A stretch of DNA of 28,342 nt from Catajapyx aquilonaris. Lineage: Eukaryota. Shown here in pieces: positions 10,701-22,700 of this stretch. Location of the stretch: assembly GCA_000934665.2 (NCBI GenBank), contig JYFJ02001119.1, positions 62,001 through 90,342 of the forward strand, in the 5' to 3' direction. The notes below the pieces were generated by a model. The model saw nothing but the letters and a program-made list of their open reading frames with translations. It was not told where the DNA came from and did not search any database. Each line of letters begins with the position of its first letter. The first letter of the stretch is position 1. The position numbers were made by a program, and so were the translations under genes.

Positions 10701-13700
10701 GAAAAAAAAAAATCCGAACGTCGAGTGTGCCAACTGACCTTCTCTTCTTTCCGGAGTCGGATGGTCCTGATCATAAAGTTGGCCAACTGTTCCTCAGACA
10801 AGACGGTCACCATTATGCCTCCGTAAGTGTCTTCCTTACCTTTCTTGCCACCTGGCCAGTACTGGACACACATCACCTGCAAACATGACACGTACAGATC
10901 CAATTGCTTGATGTGCATGATGCAAAAGCAATATTTACCTTAATAAAATCAAACGTCTTTGTAAGCATGACGATGCACTTTGCATTCTTCTGCCACACCA
11001 GCCTCCAAAAATCGCCAATCGTCCGCTCATTTGGACCCTGGGTTACGATGTACGCATTGGGCTTCAACTGGCTCTGCAATTAGTTTCATTTTATAGACTT
11101 GATTATACGCATCTTAATATTAAAACAAAACTAGACTTACGTCCACATAAGACGCGTTGATATAATCCGAATCCGGCATATCCGGATCAGCTTCCAGGAC
11201 CACCCGGTTGTAATCATCTGAAAGGTTAAAAAGTTCCAATAATGTAACAAGTTCTACAGCATGGTTTGCAACACGATATACTCACATGGAATGACCTTTT
11301 GGTTCTGGTTCTTCTCCTTATTGGCCGGCTTTGACCCATGCCTACAGGAATGCCCATCTACCTTGCAGGCGGTCTGTAATCAAGACGGACAGTTTCCTCA
11401 GAAAACAATTCTTTTTATCTTCTGCTATACTTTGGGGGGGGGGGGGGGGGGGAAANGGGGGGGGGGGAAAGAAACAATGATCCGAGGCATCCCATCTATT
11501 TGGATTAGAAGTGCGCCATTCCTTTTACGAAGAATGAAAGAGGGTCGAGGTCGATTTCAGGCGAAGTGGGCCACTCTGTAGATTTAGGACCTCAGCATCA
11601 TCATGATTAATCCGTGTGTATTTATATACCTTGCCCCTCTTGTTACTATCGCTCGTGGGAAATTAGGCTAAAAGGGGGTGCCGATTTAATTTCGGGTATG
11701 CCAGGTATGTCATTTAAAATGTGGCTACACTCAGTTCAACTTGACAGCCACCTACGTCATCTTCATCAGAGAAAAATTGATAAAAATTAAGCTGTTTACA
11801 TAAACACATCGAAATAACGGATTCACTATAGTTTTGATATTAGCAGCACAACAATTTTTGCAGATAGGCTAAGGTCACGTGCTTCTTTTTCGGAAGCGCA
11901 TTGACCTAATCTCACAAACCAGAGAGATGCCACGATGGCCAAGAAGTTTTGCCAGAAATTTCTGTCATTCCTCTCTCTCTCTCTGCTCCTATATCTTTTT
12001 ATCACCGCTGCCGCCCCCTCGCCCTCAAGTTCGTATCAAGTATAAGATACTGTCGGGTTGGCAAGAAAAAGAAGAAGAAGAAGAAAGAGAGCGACATCAT
12101 ACCTGGTATTCCACCTTGAGAAGGACAGGAAACTTGCGCCTCTGCTCGCAATGCTTTTGAAAATTTTTCTTCAGGACCGGCTTGTCAACGATGCTTGATA
12201 TCACGCCTGCTTCTTCCGCTGCAACGAAAAATAGAAGTGCAGAAAAAAAATTATTCGCAAATTGAATCATGAGCCTTGCAAAATATTTGAATCCAATACA
12301 GGGGGACAAAAAGTGTTGCGCAACCTGTCATGATTCTTCACTCGTCTTTTTTTTTCTTGACGAATTAAGAGATTTATTGCGAGTCTATGCTTTGCCGAGT
12401 CTCAGTTCTGGAAAAGCAAACATTTTAGGCAAATCCTCATCGATTCCTTCGCAACTTGCACTAATCCGATTATATGTCATATAAAAAAAAAAATTCTCTT
12501 GAAAATCCCTCCCAGACATTGTCGCCTCTATATGGAAAATTCAATATAATAGCATAAAGGATCTCTCTCCATAACCAGTTCGGAATCGATATTTACGCGC
12601 CAGTATAGACGACGAAATTGAGGCTGTACATGATATGAAAAGCGCGAAGAGCTCATTATGTTGCATAATTGGGAACATTGCTTGGTCCATGAATATTCAA
12701 CGGAACACAATATAGAACAACACGAGCCATATGTTCGACTCCAATAACACTCAAGCCCCCCCCCCCCTGAGGGCCTTTAAATTAAATATGATATCCCTAT
12801 CTAAACAGCTTCCTGGCTTTACTTATAAATACTACAAGAAACACGCTCCTAAAATTAGCCCCAAAGTTCATATGCCTACAAGATGCCATAGCGTTTATTA
12901 TAACATATTATTACAGCCGTGTTTATTCCTGATTCTATCCATTAATAAGGCATTTTTTCACTTGCATAATAATTTGAATGGCGGAACGCATTGTCCCACA
13001 GTATTTATGTAATAAGCAGGTTTGAATTAATTACTGGCACGTACCATTTTTTTTACGATAATATATGGCTACAATATTGTTGGAAATAATGCAATAGGCA
13101 AAATGTTGGCTGCATAAATTCCAATCACATTTAGAGCACTTCCGGACGGTTGCACTGCATTGCAGGCACAATATTTATTATTTATTCAGTCGTGCGATAA
13201 TGCAGATATCTGTCATTATTTGTTGTTTCCAGGTGTCATGTGGATATCAATTATTTGCAGTGAAATTCGGTGCGACTTTTTTTTGCGTGAAGAAGTGCGA
13301 GGAATTGCCTCACGTCTCGGTTTTTTTGTGTTAGAAATTTATTTTGAACTTTATTATCACAGTTTTGATAACTAAAATAAGTGAAGTGTGACGATTTCTG
13401 AGAATGTGGTGGACATTTTTAAAAATGTGTAAATCGACAATAAATTGGTTTATTTTTCTTAAAAACAGTTGGTGGAGAGAACAATCTCCGCAATGTTTCT
13501 CCCTTGCAGTCTGTACAGTGTATACCTACAGTGTATCACATTATTTCGCGACAATGACGGCGAATATGCCCAGTGGCCCTCCTGGGTATATATGAAATGC
13601 TGGGAAGCAGCACGGTCCATGTTTTGCTGTGTGAGGGTTGGAAGGGGGTAGGGGGAAAAAAAAACTATGAGTCAAATTGAGCTAATGGAATTAACCTGGA

Positions 13701-16700
13701 CATGAAACGAAGACTAATTCGGGCGACCTTGGCTGGCCATAACGAATCCCCCTTTCATCCAGCGTCACTTCTATCGCACGAGCGCTATATAATAATGTGC
13801 AGTATCATTCCTCGATTCCAAACATGGAACCCTGCTATTTCACCGTCATAATTGCGGCCCTTAATATCCCCCAGCCAATTGTTTGCTTGCGCTTGATGAA
13901 CTCCGCTCGTTTCAATTTTGCTGCAAGAAAAATACGTAGTTTGCTTAGTCTAATTGAGACCCCATGTGACGATGAAAGGTCGAAAAATTGCGTCCAACTT
14001 TTTTATTATTTGCAAAAAAAAAGGACTAGCCATAGAGGCATTAAATTAACCTCATTGACAGTAACGGCCTTAGTTGAGACATGTCGCCATGTCGTTTTAA
14101 TAGTCCATTTACATGACAATGGCTGAAATCAAGGAGTCTTTAGGTGCTGAAGAGAACAAAAAAAAAAGTCCCCAAAGTTTTATCTCCGAATTGGGAGCAG
14201 GAACCAATTCGATTTTTTCCGATCGACCACAGAAGCACAGTATCCCCTAGTTCCCAGCAACCGGACCAGAAACGCAGATGAAGTCCCATGCACCCAGCCA
14301 AGCATTGGTTACATACAGGAGGGAAGATCAGTCGCAAATGTTTTGTGTTTAATCCGGGCCCACTTCAGCAGAACTGATTCCAGTACTTTCTTTTAATGAG
14401 AGGGTCTTACATAACGATGACTGTTGCGTACTCAATGCCCTTCCATCCGTCCCCACTTGAATGTTCAAACGAAACTAAGTATTTCCAACTTTTATAACAA
14501 AGGGAATCTGTGTATTGTTAGGAGAATCGTGTAAAGAGAGTTATCATCTCATTGTAGATCTAGCTCACTTTCTTATGTCCGAATATTTTTAAAACACGAA
14601 TATTTTTGCGAATTGTCATTTCTACACCGTCATCCATGCAAATTCGGACATTATTGGTACGTCCAATCAGCTAGAGTCAATAAAACCATTTGCAGTGCAG
14701 TTTAAACAGTGATTAATGGACTAATAATAATAATAATAGCTGGCAGTGATGAAATGAATGACCTAAAATTCGGGTTGATTGACCTCAGGTATAGAGTTCA
14801 AACACCAGCAGAATTTATTGTTAATAAATTTGACGATTAAGTCGTAGTTATATTAAATAAATGTTTGATTTTCCTTTGAGACTATAGTTAGTTGCAATGT
14901 ACGTACAGGCGTCCTTGGGATTTGCAAGGTATATACTTCTTTAGAAGGCAATGGCCCTTAATAAGACTAAATTGTCGGGTGCATCAACCGGCTAACTTAG
15001 TTTAGGGGGCACTTAACGGACCAAAATCTACTACCTAAGCGTGTTTAAATTAGATTCAGAACTTAACCAGTGTTGATCACTCTCTAAGACAGACCTACTT
15101 GACTCTCTCACAGTGTATGCATTCCATTACCTGCATTATATAAAGTTATAATAAGTTAAGCTGCGACAAAGTAGAACCAATTTGGCCTTCTTCATACGAG
15201 TATACTTTGTATATTCAGCACAATTAAGATCTCTTATATTTGTGCATTGTTGATTGTAATGACTACCCTCATTTTTTCCACTTTGCTTCATCACAATCAA
15301 TGTGAAATTTTAAATATCATTAGGTCTGCTTATTCATGCAAAATATTGTATGTCATATTCTTACGGCGTAATTTATGCGTACATTCAAGTACATGCATTA
15401 AGTCCAAGCAGGTTATATCAAAGGTTTTACTGTGTAAACTCTAGAAAGCAACATGTTCCTCATTTGGCTTTATAAAACAGTACCTTGCCCTCAAGAGACG
15501 CACGAGTTGTTTGTAATCAACTGGGACGTCATGCAATTAATTCCTAAAGCCTTTGTACTCCGTCACTTCATAATAAATTCCCAGCTCCATATCTTATCAT
15601 TTGGTGACAATAAAGGTCGCAATTTTGACGTCGACACTTTTTAATTCCTCCCGAGCAGAAGCTCAAACTCCGCCAAAAAAAACACCCTTCCAGGTAATCA
15701 ATCTTGTTTGCTTTGACACTCTAGATGACATTCCGGATATTCACCCCGAAGTTAAAACATCCTCAAATGAAGTCTCCAGTTAGCAAAGTACAGGGGAGCC
15801 GGAAATTGCCAACGAAATCGTTTCCTGTTGCCCAATTTGAACCGTCTCCCAAAGTGCGTAACCAACACTTGCATTTCCGATGACAACATTTTGCAAAAGT
15901 GCCAATATTCGCGGTCACTGATTTTTTTTTGCAACCTTATTTTTTTCTTTTCTTCCAGAAGGTTCAACGTTACAGCACTTGACCTTGTAACATTGACCGC
16001 GCACAACCTCCCTTGACCCTAGGTGTCATATCCTCAATCTCTCTTTTTCCCACTCTTCAAGAATCGCATCCAACTGAGAGTCAGATCAGAAGAGAACAGA
16101 AAAGAAGAAGACGACGAGAGCATCCGGGACTTGACAAAAATAGCTGGATCCCTGCTGCAGGACCAAAATAGTTGGCCCGACATACACCATACCTCCCGGA
16201 CTCTCTGGAATTCGCCAAATTCACCCCCCCCCCTCTCTCCTGAAGTTTTGCACTATCAAAAACCCATCATTATGATGTATATATACCAAAAATGTGTCCT
16301 CATTCTGTTCAGGTTCATTGAATCGAAGTTGCCACGTCGGACTTTAAATGAGGGGATTAGGACCTTCCCTTATTAGTTTTTAATTAATCTAGGGTATGAT
16401 CAATTTTTGCGGGGGGGTATAAAAATAGGCGAGCTTGACGTCAATCAGAGTTTGCTTTAAAAAAAATTAAAGCAAACACGTATATAGTCCGCAAAAAAAA
16501 AATTTCGGAGCGTTCCTCAAAATTTCAAGGCGTTTTATTTTCTCAGCGAGCCCTTGTTTGTTGTGAGTCTAGACTTGGATTTGTACTGGAAAAAAAACAA
16601 CATTGTCTCGACTGTAACCTATCCTACAACATACTTCCAGTTATGTAAACACGGGTCTTACTCGTAGGCAACAATTGCTGTAAGAACAACTGTAACATTA

Positions 16701-19700
16701 CCATTTTTTTGGCTCGGTTCTTGCAGTGCCACAAATAAACCCAATTGAATGGATATAATACAGAGGACCATAGGTTGTTGTTTTTTTCGCGCGCAAAAGC
16801 AGTCTTGGAAATGCAGAGATTTCCCACGCACATTTATCATATCTGGCCGATTACACAAAAAAGGTGACTCCTAATGGTAAATGTACTACGTGTAAGGATA
16901 TAAATAGGTTTTGGCGGGCTAGTTTGCCAGGTTTATCAATGAAACTTCCGCCAGACTCCGGCTTCCTATGACGTCTTTCGAAGGAGGGCTCTCATCTCAA
17001 ACACACTCACACAAACACATTCCCCGAATGCATCTCCACACACATCTCCTTTTAAGGTGCCCGCACTTTGGAAACCATCTCCAATGAAGCACCTGCTCAC
17101 GTCTCTCTCCAAACTCAGGAATGCATGCTGCTGGAGGGTGGGGTCATAGCCTAAAAATGTCATAAAGATTTCTATAATATAGGGCATTGGCCTCAAAACC
17201 TGGGGGTATCTGAAGGGCATGAAAATATAAACAATGACCTATATATATGTACAAACTCGGCTTGAACGTGTCAGCAACTGTTCTGATTGGAAGCCACAAG
17301 CAGCTTCACAATTATTTGTTTTCGCAAAAAAAAAAAGTTGTGAACATTTGCACAATGAGAGAACGTAACGAGCATGAACTTAAACCAACACAAAGCATTT
17401 TCGAGTGAACTTGGTGTGACCTACGTTAATTTCCGGAACAACCGGAGTGTATAATTCTTCTTTGCAATATTTCCACAATAGTTTTCAGCTGCGGCACCAT
17501 ATTATTATGAGGGGGCAAAGTTAATCGCATTGAAAGCCCCCACAGCAATTTAAAGGGATTTTAGTACGCAATATTACCCCGTTCAACCCTGTAAGGCATA
17601 ATCTCCAGGGAGAAAACAAACGGTTGACTACTCTCATTCATCACGCCTCTAATTACTTTCAAAATTAATTAAGGTTAATCAGTTTACCCCCTAGGCGATT
17701 CATGAGAGATATAAACGGATATAAATCACCCAATAAGATCATCTCCGGATCCTCTTTCGCGCCCAGCTTCGGGTTAAACCTTCAACTGCTAGGAGTTAGT
17801 ATACTATAGGTATAGTTCCTATAGAATTGAATTAGTCTGTCGGCGGCAGGAAATGAAGGTATGCAAATGAGGACGTGGATATTATGTCTGAGAGCAACCG
17901 CAAAGAGAAAGGGTGAAGTCAGGCTAAATCCGGGATTTTCCTGGACATTTAAACGCGATTCGATCCTGCAATGTTCCGAACTTCCAGGCCACTTTATCAC
18001 AACTGGTTTTAAAAAGTGATACGAAATTAGACTTTAAATAATGCTGTTAAATCACCGCATCATGAAAATCCCGTTAGGTTAAATAACATGTCACTTCGAA
18101 TCAATAAAATAATAATTAGCATTGCGTTTAAAAAATTTATTTACAACGCAAATGAAGCCTGCAGGTGTATATATGAACAGCCAAAAGCAATGCCCCTGAA
18201 CAGTAATTACTTTGATGTAGTAATTTTATGCAAGCAGAAATCAGGTGACTGTATGCAAATATTGCAGTGGTTCTACGTAGAACCTCTGCACGCAACAAAG
18301 ACACAGGCCAAAAAAAACCAATAAACAATTTGTCGTTCAGCAATATATAAACTAGAACGTTAGTTGCTACAGTATATCTACTGTCACCAAGAGCAAAGTG
18401 TCGTGTGTCATAACACATAACAAGCATCGAACCTTATCTCGGTTAATTTCCTGTCCAAATTGATTTTTATATCAGAGGAGAAACTTTTTCATATCGTGGT
18501 AGCAATAAGAGTTCCACTTTCATCCTCAGATTCTTCAGGAGATGTTTTGATTCCCCTGTAGACCCTCCCCAAGATATTTCTGATATTTTTTGTGCCCTGT
18601 CACTCACGCCACTGTCAATTTTCAGCTCTTTTAAACTCCTTCACGACCAACTGGCTGCTTTCGTGTGTCTCTTTCCGATAGATTAGACACTCCCCAAAAA
18701 TTATCAAAGGGGAAGCTAAAACTATCTTTGAAACTCATTAAGCACTTTAATATACTTTCAGACTTTTCTCTCTCTCTCTCACGATTGGCAAAAGGACTCG
18801 CGTCAAAGAAAACACTTCCCAGAAATTCCTCTCCAACTGACAAAACCATGTCTCAGAAAAGCGACCTCAAAAAAAGTGCAGCCAACTTTATTCTCTCTTT
18901 ATATTTTCCACCCCCCTCTCTTTTGAAGCCCATTCTAACGCCTTCAAAGTTGGCATCTGCACAATATGTCCCTCTTGAGCAGGGGGTATTTGGAATCAAA
19001 AGCCATCATACGTCATCTGCATTCCACATCAGGATCAAAAAACCCTTCCCTTTTTTTTGGGAAATGGCCTGAGGCGTTTATTGATTGGGACCGATTGAAC
19101 TAGTGCAGACCTTTTACGCACAAAAAAAAGGGGAAAAGGGGGGGTATTTTGCTGCCGAAAGGAAAAATAAATCAAAAGGCGACGAGGATGCATTATGCAT
19201 GGGGGCCATCTCCGTTTAAAATGCTTCCCGACTGTTAATTCTCCAGATCAATTCCAGTGGTTATATCCACAGTAGTTCTGATGCGAGTGGCCTCAAAATG
19301 TTTAATGGACTGAATTTTATTGTCAGCCTCAATTTTAAACAGATAGTTAAGCAGCAAACTGTAATGCATGAAATAGTAATAACTATTTTAATATTTACGA
19401 TCTATAGGACTTGTATGTTAGCTATAACCAGTAGTGATGAATATTTCAGAATCTGCACAATGCTTTTAGCAAAAGAAAAACAGTTTTTTTGTGTGTGAGT
19501 CATGTCTGTACAGTATAGGCACCATGGTAATGTCTGCTGAGCGGCAAATTGCTTTTAGTCCAGTGCATGTTTGCTAAAAACTGTGATAAGGCACCTGCAG
19601 CATACTAGTTATTAGAATTTTACAGTATATTTTTAATGCAAATTTTGCGTTCCAATTAACTTTTTTGTTTCTCACGCTCTACTTTTGAAGCGGCCTTGGC

Positions 19701-22700
19701 GTTTCATTTGATCGGTAATGCAAGCAGGTTTCATCCGAACACCTCATTTTTAATCACTTTAAGGGGCCGGAAACATTACGCAAGAGCAGACACGTGGGAG
19801 AAATAACCGCGAAATAACATGGAATTTATCTCCAGCCATGAAAAATGCAGCTTGGGCGAGCAGGACTTGATTTATATCCAAGTCAGACGAATAGCATTGG
19901 TCGAATAGCGAAAAAAAACCTTGCGAGATATCTCGTATACATCCATATAAAAAAAAGTGCTAGACTCCTCCTGGAGAACATTAATCCCACAGATAGAGCC
20001 TTCGGTGTACAGTATTATATAGACGGAGAAGCCTCAAAACCTTATCTCAGACGTCACACCCCCTCACACAGACTGTTATGGGATTTTAAAGGATTCGCAG
20101 CCTGGATCCTGGGGATACCTACACCCAGCTGCTTTTATCCCCGATCCCCCCTCCAAAAGTCAACTGATGGAGAGAGGCTGTATAGGAATTCAATACTGAT
20201 GCAAAAACTTGGGTCATCTCACTTGGGACTATAGGGTATCGGTTATTGACCAGAATATCACACGTGTGGGGGTAGTGGGAATAAAAGGATCCCAATCATT
20301 TATGAAGGACTTGGCATATAAGAAAAGGTTCCTCTTTCAAATGAGGTTATGCACACACAGAGAGAAGATTGAAATATAAAACTTTCACCGCACATCAATA
20401 TGCGATCAATAATTAAGCTCGTGTCTCATTACAAGGCATGAATTCACCATTATACCTAAACATTTTCTAGAAGTATATGCTTTATAGGTAATTGCATTGT
20501 AGACCATTAACTTGTGTCTACTTATGCCAATTAAAATGGAATTGAGTTTATTTTAGAGGGAGGTGCACTTCAGAAGTCATCAGTTCAAAAGTTATGGATC
20601 ATTTAATCTATAGCAACTACTTTAAAGAGAAGCAATCTGTTAGAAGTAACGATTCACTTGCCCTGATTGTTGCTTCTGATTAAAATGGACGCTGAAATGA
20701 GCAATTCCTAGTTTTCACTCATCTCCCTATTTAACTGGGAACATGCACGCCCACATGCCCCAATAATTGTTGACACATCTGTCAATGAGTAGTTTTACTA
20801 CAATCACCACATTAATAATGTGAAATAAAATCACATGAAATCCTTACGTTACGTAGCCTTGGCATTTCTTCAATTTGTAATACATAAGGTACCGCAATAC
20901 TCAAAACAAGCACGCTTGGAATGGGCACGTTTCGACCTCTGAGAGGACATCAAGAAAATAAGGTAACCTCTTATGGACCTTCAGAACACATTCGACAACA
21001 CTTATAAAACCCATTCTCTTAAAAGCCTGTTTTTTTCAAAATGCAACTTGCGTATATCGTGTCAGAGAGCAATCTCCAAAATGACTGCATAAATGTATTG
21101 GCAATATTCCCACATAAATAATTCATAAGGAAAGACCACCCATTTCTTCCAAAACTCTTCTCCTGGAACCGAGGTGACGAAAAAGACACCAAGAAAATAT
21201 GTCACACCCGGCGGACATGATCGATACAACTATAAAATCCCGTTTGATACGCTCTGCCGGAGCCCAAAAACCGCGGTTTGGCTCCATGCATGGCAAGGAC
21301 ATCATATAAATAATTCATCCCGGACATAACCACAGCATCTTCATCTGTCCCTTAAATGCTTCTTCTGGTCCTCTCAGCCGATGAAGAAGACACCCCCCCC
21401 CCCCCCAAAAAAAAAGGACAAGAAAATGTGCGTTGTTGATATCGATTCAGATTCCTTGGCCTGTGTTCTGCTATTTGGGCTCCCCTGGGCTTAATGCCCA
21501 ACATTTCCTGGCATTCGTCCCCACGCTTAAAAGACCTCAGAGGGTGTCCCACACACAGACACATACACCCCCAGAAGGGGACAGGAAAAAAAGAGGTCTG
21601 AATTGACTGGTCCACACCTTCATTTAAAGCCTTCCCCTGACATATTCTCGCTCGGGTGGTCTCGAATGGAGCTGATTCCTTCTTTTCATGGCTTATCAGT
21701 GGGGTTCCATCATCAAACCGGGTTATGGTATAGTACCAGGATATGAGCACCATTACGAGGCAGTAGGAATATATTAAATTTTTGCAGGTTGTAAAGCCAC
21801 GAGGAGAGAAACATATCCGTATCTCATTATACTGAACGATCAATCGTAGTTTGGTCGAAATTGAGTTCAAGAGTAAGAAAAAAATAGTGAAAATGCAAAA
21901 AGAATTACATGGAGCATCAATATATGGAGCATAATTTGATGTACGGCAAATGCAACGCGATGAATACATTTATTTATTATTTATTTACATACCCAGAGGA
22001 GGTCGAGGTCATTTACAAAAGAAAATGGGGAAAGAAGGAGCAAAGGAATCGATATATTTCTATATATTATATATCGTGTTATTACGTCAATGTAAAAGAT
22101 GATGAAAGTGAAATAACTTTAGGATAGAAGAAAACATACTGTTAATGATTGCACTACTTAAAATGCCAAAAAGTTGCGGCCTCTTTATCATATACAGCGA
22201 ATATGACAATATTCCAAAAATAAGTTTCAGACCTGGGCCCTCTTGTTACTTTGCACATGTTTGCCTATTTTTTGTGCTGGTATATAGGAACAGACATTTA
22301 GACAAGAATGATTAGAATCATCGATGCGTACATCCAAGCCAATTTGTACTTAAAGAAGTGGAAGAAGAGCCTCTTCTCTGCTCATAATTACTGCTTTTTC
22401 CGCTTCCTATTCCATATTAATCGCATTTTGAATGTGAAATGGCGCAATATTTTTATACAAGTTTTCCATATAAAATGATCACAAATTACGCGGGGGGAAA
22501 TGTTGAGCAGAAAAAAAGTGGCAAAGAAGGAAAAAATTGAGGCGGTAATAGCACAGAGATGGTAAATGAAAATTTATCCAAATTTTCTCTCATGACCTCA
22601 AGATTCATTGTTCACGATTTATTTCCGGATAAAGTAAGCAAGCCCTTGTTACAATGACGCATTCAATTTTTCAAAAAATAGTTCTGAACCAACTCTTTTG

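Noticed and set aside
11433..11467. Poly-G tract with N (also 24120-24153) as a G-quadruplex candidate
   Set aside because: Contains ambiguous bases, so length and sequence are unreliable assembly features.
16450..16477. 11-bp perfect hairpin GTTTGCTTTAA-A6-TTAAAGCAAAC
   Set aside because: AT-rich and isolated; plausible by chance and not a meaningful terminator in a eukaryotic intron.
21352..21969. 205-aa minus-strand ORF in PTP intron 1
   Set aside because: No domain similarity, reads through poly-T and poly-G tracts, no clear splice context; likely chance.
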